From Octopus bimaculoides (Eukaryota), in NCBI RefSeq assembly GCF_001194135.2, contig NC_068998.1, forward strand, positions 25,234,814 through 25,298,519: 63,706 bases of DNA. Direction: 5' to 3'. Positions 52,201-63,706 of the stretch are shown piece after piece. Position numbers and translations under genes: made by a program. The first letter of the stretch is position 1. Each line of letters begins with the position of its first letter. The notes under the pieces are model-generated. The model had not been told where the DNA came from. It saw only the letters and a list, made by a program, of their open reading frames with translations, and did not search any database.

Positions 52201-53334
52201 GAGTTGCTCTGAGTTGTGATAAGTTAAAAGCATTCTTCACTCCTTGTAAACTGAATGAGTAAGGTGGGTATATTTAGACAATATATGTATACTACGATGC
52301 AAGTATTGCATGTCACATATATTAATAATATGTAGAACCGGATCTCAACTAAATTTAGCGTAGTCAGTGTAGAATACAATGAAATGGCAGTAGGGTCAGT
52401 AAACTATGGGTACAGAATAATACACTAAAAATACAACGTATATGTGTAATGGTAAGTGTATGTAAATATACAGTTTTACGTGTATGTCTTATTAATAATT
52501 TTGTAGAATATGATATAATCAATATTTCATTCTATTTTAAATTAGGACGACTAAATGATTACACGATCGTTATTAAGACGAGTGGCTTTTATCAGTAATA
52601 TATCAATTACATACGTTCATTTTCCTTATATTTTTATGTTTGTATAACATAGATTATAGATATATTACAAAGACCTATGGTGGCGTAAAATATATCTTAT
52701 TAAGTATATTAAGACAAATCTCTATTTCTTAGTATTACTACATTCGGCAATTTCTATTCCTATATAATAAAATGCTTTTTTCATATATTTGACGTGCAGC
52801 TTGCACTGCGGTGTTTTTATCTCCATCAACTATCAACTGGACTTCACATCTTTTTCAAAGTCAGTCGATATCATCCTTAGATCCTGCAGTGTCATGCAGC
52901 ACTGATTCTACGAGAAAATATATGGGCTTATCTGTCTTTCGTGTATCTGATTTTTCTTTCCTTTTTGTTTTTCTCCTTCTTGTTAAACCAGTGCAAATAT
53001 ACCCGATGCTCTAATACCCGTACCTTTATATGAAAGTTACGTGACATAAAATAAAGAAGGTCCATAACTATTTTAACCCCACCGCCATTATGTTGTTTTA
53101 CTGATTACTGAAGACTTTTTTATAATTTGTTTTCAATTTAGCACTCATGACGAATGAACGAAAATCTATATTTATACTGTTAGCCTTTTCTTTTTTTCTT
53201 TATTCTTTTATATAACAGCGAAAGTTTTTGCAACTATAATTCAGATATTTCTGTAAATGCATTATTATTTACCTATAGTTCTAAGAAAATGGATTCATGT
53301 TTACTGAAGATTGTTATAGCCAATAGATATGAAC

Positions 53335-53495
53335 GTGACGGCGTAATTAAGACATTGACTATGTAACTAACAAGTTTCAGGTTTAAGTCCATTGCGCAAC
53401 CCCTTGAACAATGGATTGCTCCAAAGCTCTATGTCGACCAACATATTTTGTGTAAATCGGGTAGAAGAAAGCTGTACAGAAAATCGTTACATTGA
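53335..53495 (+). mobile_element. Degenerate SINE family B head fragment
   Basis: GTTTCAGGTTTAAGTCCATTGCG...GTCGACCAAC...GGTAGAAGAAAGCTG aligns loosely with the reverse complement of 45260-45380. Confidence 0.45.
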
Positions 53496-56023
53496 TGCAT
53501 TCACATATACGCGTGTATACATATTTGGGTTTGTCTCTCATTGTATCAAAACTAGTGTAATTTGTTTATGAACACTAGCGGTTCTGCAAAATACACCAGT
53601 AGAAAAAAATGTACAAGGTTTAAAATAAGGCCTCAGCAATATTCGATCGGCTAAAAACGATCAAGACTTTGTCTCACCGTGGCTGAAAGAAGTAAACTGA
53701 TAATAGAATAAAGTGTTTTTACCTTTCACCCATTCTTATTTGCGATATTTTGAGGCTATTTTATCTAACAGGTATTTCCTTTTCTTTAAGACGGTTGTGT
53801 ATTTTTTATGAGATAACAGTGCAATTGAAGCAGAAACAGTAACCAAATATATGATCCTTTGCATCTGACGCGCATATAGCTGATATTTTAATAATCGTAC
53901 CGTTATATGAGAGTTTCCTACCATAAAATACTGAGGGTCAGTTATTCAGTTCCTTTTCATGCGGAAACTAGTTGGTTAGAAATTATTTCTTTTCCACGTA
54001 AATGAAATAGCTTCTAACCAGAATTCATAACTGCTGTGCTTGCTGTCCTGAATAATAGCTTAGCTATTTATTACTCTATGATGCTTGACACAAAAGACTG
54101 CAAATACGAATTCATATTCAATGGAAAACGCGAACAATGCTAGTTTAGAGTCAACAAAACTGCCCCGACAACTATAAGTTTAAAAATGCATACTGAACTA
54201 TTGTTGAAAAAAATTGATGAAAGAAGATAACATGTTTATTTGAGAAGTAATTACCTATTTGCAAATTAATATATTCAAAGGAATTGGAAATGTACCAAAT
54301 GATTGTCCTTAATTTCCGTTCAACCATTTATTTCCAAACCAGGCATATTGAAGTCAATTCGCTTCGCTGAAATGCTTCTCTATCGGAAATTCTCTCTATA
54401 CAGTTTACATAATTTTGAATCATTAAATTGCTTGTATCTTGTTACTTTTCCTCCCCTTTAATACATTTTCATTAGTAACTTAATTAATATATTCCGAGTT
54501 GTAGTTTATTAGTTTTCGCAAATAATACAATTTAAAACACTATTAAATTATCCGGGAAATTAAACGCTTTCTATTTGAAAGTTTGATGGAGTGAAAACTT
54601 AGCTGAAAGCGGAAATGCTATATGTTCTTTAACATTGATATACATTTGTATCTTGTAACGTTATACCAGAAAGAATCAATATTCGATTAGAAACATCTCA
54701 AGAAAGAGATAAAAAGTAGTAATTTATTGTTTAATACTATTTGAAGAGAAACACCTATTTATGTTTCGTGGGGAGCTCGTTTGCAGTATTGCATAAATGT
54801 GGCTCTGCTACAACTTAACAGGATGTAAATACATGTAAATTGTAAATACAGTCCCGAGGTGGACACAAATATTCAAATATTCTACAAATATGCATTCTAA
54901 ATGGTGGTTTTGTAGAAAGGTGTGATATTAAATAACTTGATGAGTTTTATGCCCAAGTTAGCTACCCAGGGGACTTAAAAGCAGTCATCTTTAAAATCAC
55001 TAAATCATATGTTCTACAAATTAAATTTAACAATACAGTAAAAGTTAAAAGGGTAATAAGTCACTTGTTATAGCTACTCGGAACATGTAACACATTAAAA
55101 TCTGTTGCATAGTCAGGTTGCCGGCGGCTAAATTATATTGCCATCACGCTAGCTAAATGAGAAGAGAGATTTACGATATTCCGCAGTATGAGCTACACAA
55201 CCTGTAAATCCGTGGGTGAGCATATGGGAATCATTGGCCATCCAATAAAACGCACTCAAGTATCAATAGTGGAGTGTTAGCATTTTCCCCCATTTCATTT
55301 CCATTTCTTTTAAACGAGGTTAACAAGAACTAAATTACCTTCATCTCTACAGCTTCAGAGTTGATGACAACAATTTAGCAATTTCAACGTATGTAGCTGA
55401 GCTAGAAATGAAACGATGAAAGAAAAACATCTGGTACAATATTCTATTACCTGGAGCCACGGCATTTGACAACGTTTTCCAAGGTATGGAGATTCTTTCA
55501 CTCATTTTGACAACTTCCTCTGCTATCATGCAATCTCAGAAGGAAATTGCTTGACAACTGCACAGTGAATCGCTTGAGCGAATAGCTCTTTCTTAATACA
55601 TAAATATTTATATAGTTTCGATCGGTCTTTTGAGCGGTTGAGACAAATTGAACAACCTTAAAGTACTAATGTTATCCTCATCAGAGTCGGTATATTTTGA
55701 TGAAAAACAAAGCAGAACAGCGATAAAGGAACGATTCACACATGAGAAAAGGAGTGAATAAAATACGTATAAAGTGAGTGGAGGAGAGATAAAGAGAAAA
55801 TAGGGGAAAAGGTGATGAGCTGGAAAAAAGGATAACATGAAAGAGAAAATATAAAGGAAGCGGAAAACGTAGAGGAGGGGAGGAAAGAGATAAAAGAATG
55901 AAGGCAGGAAGGGATATGCGATAGATAGAAATCAAAGAGGGGACAGTGATAAAAAAATTAGTAGCCTTAGTGTATGTTATTGGGTCATCACACTCAAGAA
56001 CATTTACCTTTTTTTCCTATGTC

Positions 56024-56209
56024 AGATAATATCCAGCATATTGAAATATGATATTGTCCTTTTATTCGAATGCTCAGCTTAATTCTTTAATACTTGGCTA
56101 GTTACTACTATCTTAGATAATATGCAGCATATTGAAATATGATATTGTCCTTTTATTCGAATGTTCAGCTTAATTCTTTAATACTTGGCTAGTTACTACT
56201 ATCTTAGAT
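56024..56209. repeat. 91-bp tandem duplication
   Basis: 56024-56114 and 56115-56205 differ at 2 positions; AGAT recurs at 56024, 56115 and 56206. Confidence 0.95.
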
Positions 56210-57217
56210 TGCAAGTAAATTATGTTAGAAAAATATGAAGGGTAAATGGAATGAAAAACGCTGCAAAAACAAAGTTAAGATGGAAAGGTGTAGGAGGTTG
56301 TAGAAAAAATAGATACAGAGAAAATATTAAGATAATATATAGAGAAAAATGAGGCAACTTAGGTATATCCTTTTGGCATCATACCTGTTGAATAACTATA
56401 GTAGAATTTACATCATCATTTTGCGAATTTAAAGAAGTTGCTGGAAGTTGAAAGCCTATAAATACAATAATAAATGGAATAGGAGGAACCACATAAAGAT
56501 AAAAAATGAGAGGCGATACAGGAGGTGAATAATCTCACAATAATAAAAAAGGAAATTAAAGGAGTAATACAGTAAATTAACACACACCTGAACCCGTGAC
56601 CCGAAATAATAGGTGTAAAAGGATAAGGCTAATGTAGATACTAAAACTTAAAAATAAAAAAATATCATAATAAGAATAACAGATATAAAATGAGTACGAT
56701 GGTAAGAACTGGTTATAGCCTTGATCGTTGTAGCCAGTATAAGATAGCCAGTATAGGATACACCTGATAACCTTATNNNNNNNNNNNNNNNNNNNNNNNN
56801 NNNNNNNNNNNNNNNNNNNNNNNNNNNNNNNNNNNNNNNNNNNNNNNNNNNNNNNNNNNNNNNNNNNNNNNNNNNNNNNNNNNNNNNNNNNNNNNNNNNN
56901 NNNNNNNNNNNNNNNNNNNNNNNNNNNNNNNNNNNNNNNNNNNNNNNNNNNNNNNNNNNNNNNNNNNNNNNNNNNNNNNNNNNNNNNNNNNNNNNNNNNN
57001 NNNNNNNNNNNNNNNNNNNNNNNNNNNNNNNNNNNNNNNNNNNNNNNNNNNNNNNNNNNNNNNNNNNNNNNNNNNNNNNNNNNNNNNNNNNNNNNNNNNN
57101 NNNNNNNNNNNNNNNNNNNNNNNNNNNNNNNNNNNNNNNNNNNNNNNNNNNNNNNNNNNNNNNNNNNNNNNNNNNNNNATATATATATATATATATATAC
57201 ATTTATATACATATATG

Positions 57218-57265
<48 letters not shown>

Positions 57266-57329
57266 TAGGTGGAGGTGCATGGCTCAGTCGTAACAGGATA
57301 CGGTTACAGTCGTGATGTTATGAGCTTGG

Positions 57330-58085
57330 TTTGCAGATTGGGCTATGTGTTGTGCTATTGCGCAAGACACCTTATTTCTCGTTGCTCCAATTCACTCAGC
57401 TGTAGAAATAAGTTGCGACATAACTGGTGCCAAGCTATATCGGCCTTTGCCTTTCCTTTCGACACCAATCTTGCTCGGAATTCTGACTTAGTGGAGAACA
57501 TTCTAGAAACAATCCCATGGTCATTCGTGACTGAAGAAGTCTTTACTTTACACAGCCAGCCAATTTCACCAGCTGAGCTGATGATACAGAAGTATCTCAG
57601 ACGGTCGAGTACCCTGATGACATTGTAAATCTGAAAAATCATCTGCCGGCAATATATAAAGAGGATGATGAATATAACATGCATTTCAATACTGATAAGT
57701 TTCAAGCACTCTGCTTTTGACACACAAACAGACAACAGTTTGAAGACACAGGACCAGGGGACAGTGCAATCCAAGAGTTAGAATCAGTATGTGACCTTGG
57801 AGTCCATATTAACAGAGATACAACGTTCCATGTGCATATTGGCAGGATGGCAACACCGAGCAGGCGAGTAGGTGGATGGATCCTTAGATCATTCAGAATC
57901 AGAAATAATGATACCTTCCTACTCTTATGGAAAACATTTTACCTCAGTTCTCTGGATTGCTGCTCCCAACTGTGGTTGCCGCAGAGCGTCAAACTGGTGG
58001 TGGAATTTGAGGTAATCCAGCGACACTACACAAACAAAAGCAGCTTCGTCCAACTGGCTTCTTTACTGAAAACAGTACCGAAAAG
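57330..58085 (+). mobile_element. CR1-clade LINE RT fragment
   Basis: AFAFPFDT (cf. DFAKAFDK), YNMHFNTDKFQAL, VCDLGVHIN, GWILRSFRIRN...LWKTFYLSSLDCCSQLWLP...FEVIQRHYTNK. Confidence 0.85.
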
Positions 58086-58436
58086 AGACCATATAACACA
58101 CACACACACANNNNNNNNNNNNNNNNNNNNNNNNNNNNNNNNNNNNNNNNNNNNNNNNNNNNNNNNNNNNNNNNNNNNNNNNNNNNNNNNNNNNNNNNNN
58201 NNNNNNNNNNNNNNNNNNNNNNNNNNNNNNNNNNNNNNNNNNNNNNNNNNNNNNNNNNNNNNNNNNNNNNNNNNNNNNNNNNNNNNNNNNNNNNNNNNNN
58301 NNNNNNNNNNNNNNNNNNNNNNNNNNNNNNNNNNNNNNNNNNNNNNNNNNNNNNNNNNNNNNNNNNNNNNNNNNNNNNNNNNNNNNNNNNNNNNNNNNNN
58401 NNNNNNNNNNNNNNNNNNNNNNNNNNNNNNNNTACG

Positions 58437-58468
<32 letters not shown>

Positions 58469-58547
58469 TATAAATATATGTATATATATATCTATATCTA
58501 TATATGTATGTATGTATGTAAGTGTGTGTATTTGTGTGTGTCTGTGT

Positions 58548-58856
58548 GTGAGTGGATTTGTGTGGCGGAAACTGACAGAAGACCGTCGTACATATATGTG
58601 CGTGTGTGTGTGTGTTTGTATGTGTGTTTTTGTGTCTTTGTTTCTGTGTTTGAGGCACCAACATCGCTTCACAACCGATGCCGGTAAGTTCCCGTCTCCG
58701 TAACTCAACATTTCCGGAAAGAGGGACCAATAATATAAATACTACGCTTACAAAGAGTGAATCCTGAGGTCAATTTCTTCGACCAAAAATCCTTTAAGGC
58801 GGTGCTCCAGCATGGCCGCAGTCAGATGACTGAAACAAGTAAAAGAATAAAAGAAT
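58548..58856 (+). mobile_element. SINE family B, 5'-truncated at the gap
   Basis: GTGAGTGGATTTG...CGGAAACTGACAGAAGACCGTCG, internal (TG)n, and 3' end GCGGTGCTCCAGCATGGCCGCAGTCAGATGACTGAAACAAGTAAAAGAATA. Confidence 0.88.
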
Positions 58857-60020
58857 ATAGGAATATAGGAAATTTGTCCATTAGAAAACCCTGTTCCAGA
58901 TCGAAGCAGTATACGAACCAAAAAGCATTGCTTATGGCCACTTGAATACTGTCGACGTCTAACAGACAACTATACTGCCATGTAACCTCATGAAGTTTTC
59001 TCCTCCGAGTGATTTCTTTTGTGAGCTTCTCACAACACGTTTTTTTATTGCAAGTGAGAGATAACTCCTGCCAACCTGGCTTGAAGACACCCCACCACCA
59101 CCACCACCACCATCACCAGAGCACGTGGTTTTGGTCAGTGTTTGATTTCCTCGGTTGTGGGTACTCTTTGCCAGGCATGGCAGCAGTTTTCCTCGCTTGC
59201 AATATATAGAAAATTCAGTATCATATTATCACTGATTTTGTAACTAGGAATGTCATCCATTAGAAATTGGCAGTATCGTCATCTGTTAGAGGACAACCAT
59301 ATTAAAGTAACCATATACTGCTTCGATATGGAATAGAGGTTTTCTAACGGGCTATTCTTATTGTTACTACAATTGATACTACTGCGTTTGATTGCATAAT
59401 TGTATCTTCTGCTATTTCTTATGGAAATTACTCTCCTCCTCTCACCCTCCCACCACGATATCTATAGTTGCCTTTCACTACTACTGTCTTGTTTATCACC
59501 ATTCCTCCTGTCAACTCCATTTATATTGTCCTCCTTATAAATTTTAACACTGTTATTATTGCTTACTCCCCTACCTTAATAGTACATGCCTGTATTACCA
59601 GTATTTCTCACAACATTCCTACTTCTACTTGTACAATGTTGTAATATACATATACATATATATATATATATATAGATATATAGATATATAATATATAATA
59701 TAATATAATATAATATAATATACTGTAAACTTCAAATAAACTAGTCTTATGTTTTTGTTTTTAAGTTTCTGAGGTGGGTGTTACTTTGTTTTGCTAGAAA
59801 TTTCATTCTCGTTCAGTGAAATACTTTTTGTGCAGAAGTTGTTGTTGTTTATTATAAGATAGACATTGGAAAGTGTTGCTTCGATCACAACACGACATTT
59901 ACCAAAGTCTTTCAAGTTGATATATTATTACACATGTGTGTATATCCATGTATGTATGTATGCATTCATGCATGTTTGCACGTAAGCATATATGTGTCTA
60001 CATAGACAGAGAGGAAGAGT

Positions 60021-60075
<55 letters not shown>

Positions 60076-60429
60076 GCATATATGTATATGTATACATATA
60101 TACATGTATATACATGATTATATATATGTATATATATCACCTTTCCTCTCTATGTAAACACGTATATGTTTATGCACAAACATACATGCATGCATACCTA
60201 TATGCATGCAGAGAGAGAGAGAGAGATAAGTGGAGAGACATATGCCTGAACCTGTATTAGACAGATTTTGAGAAAGATTGAGTGGTAGAAGAATATAGAA
60301 GAATAGTGACAGGAAACAGGATATGCTCTACTGAGATTTGAAATAATTCAGAATCTAAAGTATGATGTGTTTCGTGGCGGCGGCGGTGGCGTTCTGTTTC
60401 ATAGAAAGTAATCGCCTTGCGAGGACAAA

Positions 60430-60800
60430 TTTTATTTTGGGATATATAGAATTCTTAAGAAACATAATTCTGAAGACGTAAACAGTACCAAACAATATAG
60501 AATGGTGTGATTGATATTAATAGATAGTGACTGAAATGATATGTAAAAAGTATTTCAGATGATATTTTATATAAAATAATACCTCAAGTATGTAACGACA
60601 TACCATGATATCTATTATGTCTATGATATGTAGAATTTAAGAGATTTATGGTGCCTAGTAAAGAAGGTGTAATGTCTAGGAAGTGTAGTTGTGAGGAGGC
60701 AGCCTTTTCAATGTTTCAAAGAAAGCTGTGCCCAAGATTTCTAAGTTGTCGATCATTGTATAGTATCGATTTCTGAAGTGGTTATTCTGTTTCCACTTTC
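60430..60800 (-). mobile_element. Possible Penelope-type RT C-terminal remnant
   Basis: HSFL*NIEKAASSQLHFLDIT...NSTYHR...*GII resembles FTxExExxxxLPFLDI...TSVYRK...GII. Confidence 0.42.
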
Positions 60801-62139
60801 TGTTGGAGAAAGAGGACAATGTATTGAGCTAGTCACTACAATCGATTGAATGCGTGGTGTGAAGCTTACCACTGAAAGAAAATACAAATCATCTCTACCA
60901 CTTGCTGCGCTATTTATCTATTCACATCTATAGTCATTATCGAAGCTAAGGTATTAAAAGAATTGATTGAATATATCCAAAATATTCGATTCTTGTGAAC
61001 TGATTACACGAATGTGTACTTCGATGCAATATATTATGATGTATTGTAGTGTAACCAACCGGAAATGACTTCTACTGTTTTCCAGTAGGGAATCATTATT
61101 AGAAATGTATGAAAAAACAGACTGAATGCAAAAGCTGAAGCTATAATGGACATAAACACACTCTTGTCTAGATTTTTTTTATACTTAGATTTCAAAATAT
61201 TTTGGTGAAAATTATCTCCACAATTCAAAAGACAAACACATCTCCCGTAAATACTTTCGTTTTTATGGTCTCTGCTTTATTTTATTCAAGATGAATGAAA
61301 ATGAAACCTTATAAGGGAAATAACTCATTCTAAGTAGACTTGTTTTATTACGTCCAGTATTGGTTGACAAATCACTCGGAGAAAGAAAATTGGATTCCAA
61401 TCGACCGTTTAATAATTAGGCAGTAATATTCCATTTCTCCTCCTATTGAATGTATAGAACATTTTGTAAGGCAATGTCTGTTTTTGAACCTATGTAGTTT
61501 TTGTGTGTATAGAGCTATATATCACGTATTGGAACATTTAGTATTGTAAACAGTTTTACTTCTGATTTTATTATGTACAATATGGGGTGGGGGACAGGTC
61601 TGAAGATGTCATTGTGCTTAGCTCTCTTTCAATGTCAGTTGTATGAGTATAATAGTGTACGTTTAGCTGAAAGTATAATTAACGAAGCGTTTCACTATAG
61701 CAAATAAAATACAAGGTCAAATTTTACCTGAGCATGTTGCTATATAGACTGTCGACGTTTTCGCTTTTCGATTTCCCATTTTACAGATGATGTTCGAATA
61801 TGGATACCTTATACTTTCATTTAATTATCTATTTACACATTAACGTATCCGTCAGTCCATTATAGATGTATCTTTACTTTTGTTTATTAACATAAAAAAT
61901 ACCCTCACAAGAGTAGTGTCAATCTATTATTGTTTGGTACACTATCAAACTGCGATGCAGTCTTTTAAGCTTTACATGGGACTCATATAGGGAAAATATG
62001 TAACTATTGAGCTACAGTTGTATAATCTCTGTATTCTAAAATCTAATTCTTAGCTAATATGAAATTGTTTTAGAAAACTCTTGACGTATTATTGTTTTCT
62101 AGTTACATTTGGACAAGCATTACTTAATGACATGGTAAT

Positions 62140-62340
62140 GCGGCTAGCCGGCAGAATCGTTACCACGCCGGCATTTCGTCCGTTCCTATATTCTAAGCTC
62201 GAATTCCGCCGAGGTCTACTTTGTTTTTCATCCTTTCGACGCTGATGAAATAATTGCCACTTATACACTGGTGTCGGCGTAATCGACTAGCCCCCTCCCA
62301 GCAAATTTCAGGTCGTGTGCCTATAATAGAAAAGATTATT
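62140..62340 (+). mobile_element. SINE family A, tail variant 3
   Basis: GGCAGAATCGTTACC...CGAATTCCGCCGAGG...GTAATCGACTAGCCCCCTCCC...GTGCCTATAATAGAAAAGATTATT. Confidence 0.82.
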
Positions 62341-62406
62341 TAATGACAACATTCTACTTGAATAATTGATTAATATCTATGCAATAATAATGCAATACTA
62401 ATTCAA

Positions 62407-62607
62407 GATGGAGAGTTGGTGGAATCATTAACTCGCCGGGCTAAATATTTAGCGACATGTCGTCCATCTTTCTGTTCTGAATTCAAATTCCGCCGAGATG
62501 TCCTTGGCCCTTCATCCTTTTGGGGTCGATAACATAAGCGCATCGCTGGGGTCGATGTAATTGACTTACACCTGCAAATGCTGGTCTTGTGCCAAAATTT
62601 GAAACCA
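62407..62607 (+). mobile_element. SINE family A, tail variant 2
   Basis: GAATTCAAATTCCGCCGAG...CTGGGGTCGATGTAATTGACTTAC...GCTGGTCTTGTGCCAAAATTTGAAACC. Confidence 0.85.
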
Positions 62608-63432
62608 ATATTTCTGCAATAATAGATATGAAATATTCATAATACCATGTGTGAAGCGATGCGTTTCGTTAAAGTCAATAAACTTCTCTACAGAACGAAG
62701 CCGTTATCTCCTGTTCCGGAGAGATAGTAAACATCAACAATTTTTCAAAAATACACTAGAGTTAAAAATGAGAAAAAAGCAAATGTGCAGTAATTTTGTC
62801 ACTTTTATAAGAAAAGGTTTTTTTTTTTACCAAGACATACAGAATATGGCACCTTTCTATATTTAATTGTTAATACATTAATCTTATTTTAAAGAATATA
62901 TTTCCTTTGTGTCATGAATGATAATTTACAACTAAATATAGCGCTTTATTTTTGAGAAATTATCAGTAAACTTACTACTTTCGAAGTCAATAAAATAAAC
63001 GGGACTATTTCTGAGTTATAAGAAAAAATCTATACACACAAACCAAAGAGGCCCATGGAATATCGCCAATATACAACAAGGTATGCCTACACTATGTCGA
63101 ATATTATCTCGTTTACGTGCTTGAGATTATATTTGGTAAGTCCTATAGAAAGATAACCATTTCAATGTTTCATACAATCATAAACATAGTTTCGGTTCTT
63201 ACATGTGTATTTGCAATAAATCTACTGCTTCCATTATACTCGAAAGCACGAGCTATTTCTCTATTTACTTTCGGATGATGTAGGATATATACATACATAT
63301 CCACGTGTATATAAATGTAAACAAATATTTGTGTTTTGATAAGCGTCGAAAGGTACAAAGATGATAATTTATTTTCGAATACAGACGCTGTTAAGACGGC
63401 AGAGTCATTAACCCTTACAAAGTGGAAGAATT

Positions 63433-63505
63433 TGTCAGCTATAGAACTCGAACCCACATCTTTTGAAGACTCCGTTCAAGTCATTTACCATTAAGCTAAA
63501 CTGGC
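63433..63505 (-). pseudogene. tRNA-like 73-nt cloverleaf (tRNA pseudogene or head of a tRNA-derived repeat)
   Basis: GCCAGTT-TA-GCTTAATGGTAAATGAC-TTGAA-CGGAGTC-TTCAA-AAGAT-GTGGG-TTCGAGT-TCTAT-AGCTGAC-A. Acceptor stem 6/7 paired (one G-T), anticodon-position stem 5/5, T-stem held by three G-T pairs, A- and B-boxes present. Confidence 0.62.
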
Positions 63506-63706
63506 TCCCGACAAATTAATCCGCATTACAGACGCATTTAAAGCTAAATGTACAAACACTTGTATATAAATATATAAAAAAAAACTAATATTTTTTTTTC
63601 TTATAATTACCGAAATGTGTGCTTTTCCGCTTTATAAGGGTAGTTTACCCAATTTTCTGGTGTTCCAACGGCGTCTCTGCGTTCGAAAATAAATTATCAT
63701 CTGATT

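Noticed and set aside
59068-59209. Poly-His or poly-Pro-like ORF
   Set aside because: It is explained by a (CCA)n microsatellite, and no convincing exon boundaries give a stop-free frame.

Overview
AT-rich eukaryotic (metazoan) genomic DNA from a gapped assembly. It has 12 N-runs, most flanked by microsatellites. The tRNA-headed SINE families and extreme microsatellite load resemble, from my recollection, a coleoid cephalopod (Octopus) genome; this is an inference, not a search result. No prokaryotic genes, CRISPR arrays or rRNA are present, and no host gene could be identified with confidence. The window is mostly decayed mobile DNA. It holds seven pieces of an R4/Dong-like non-LTR retrotransposon (RT, CCHC, restriction-like endonuclease), most abutting trinucleotide microsatellites. 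It also holds a Tx1/L1-like element whose ORF2 lost its whole RT in an in-frame deletion, plus a second Tx1 3' fragment, CR1-like LINE fragments, Penelope-like (PLE) remnants, a MULE transposase remnant and about 11 SINE copies in two families. Best leads: a minimal hammerhead ribozyme motif at 18915-18963 and a more degenerate one at 27882-27969, each sense-oriented downstream of a PLE endonuclease remnant; the RT-less Tx1 derivative; a 73-nt tRNA-like cloverleaf at 63433-63505; and a speculative phase-compatible 3-exon mucin-like model at 7025-8215. All translations were done by eye and TE boundaries are approximate.
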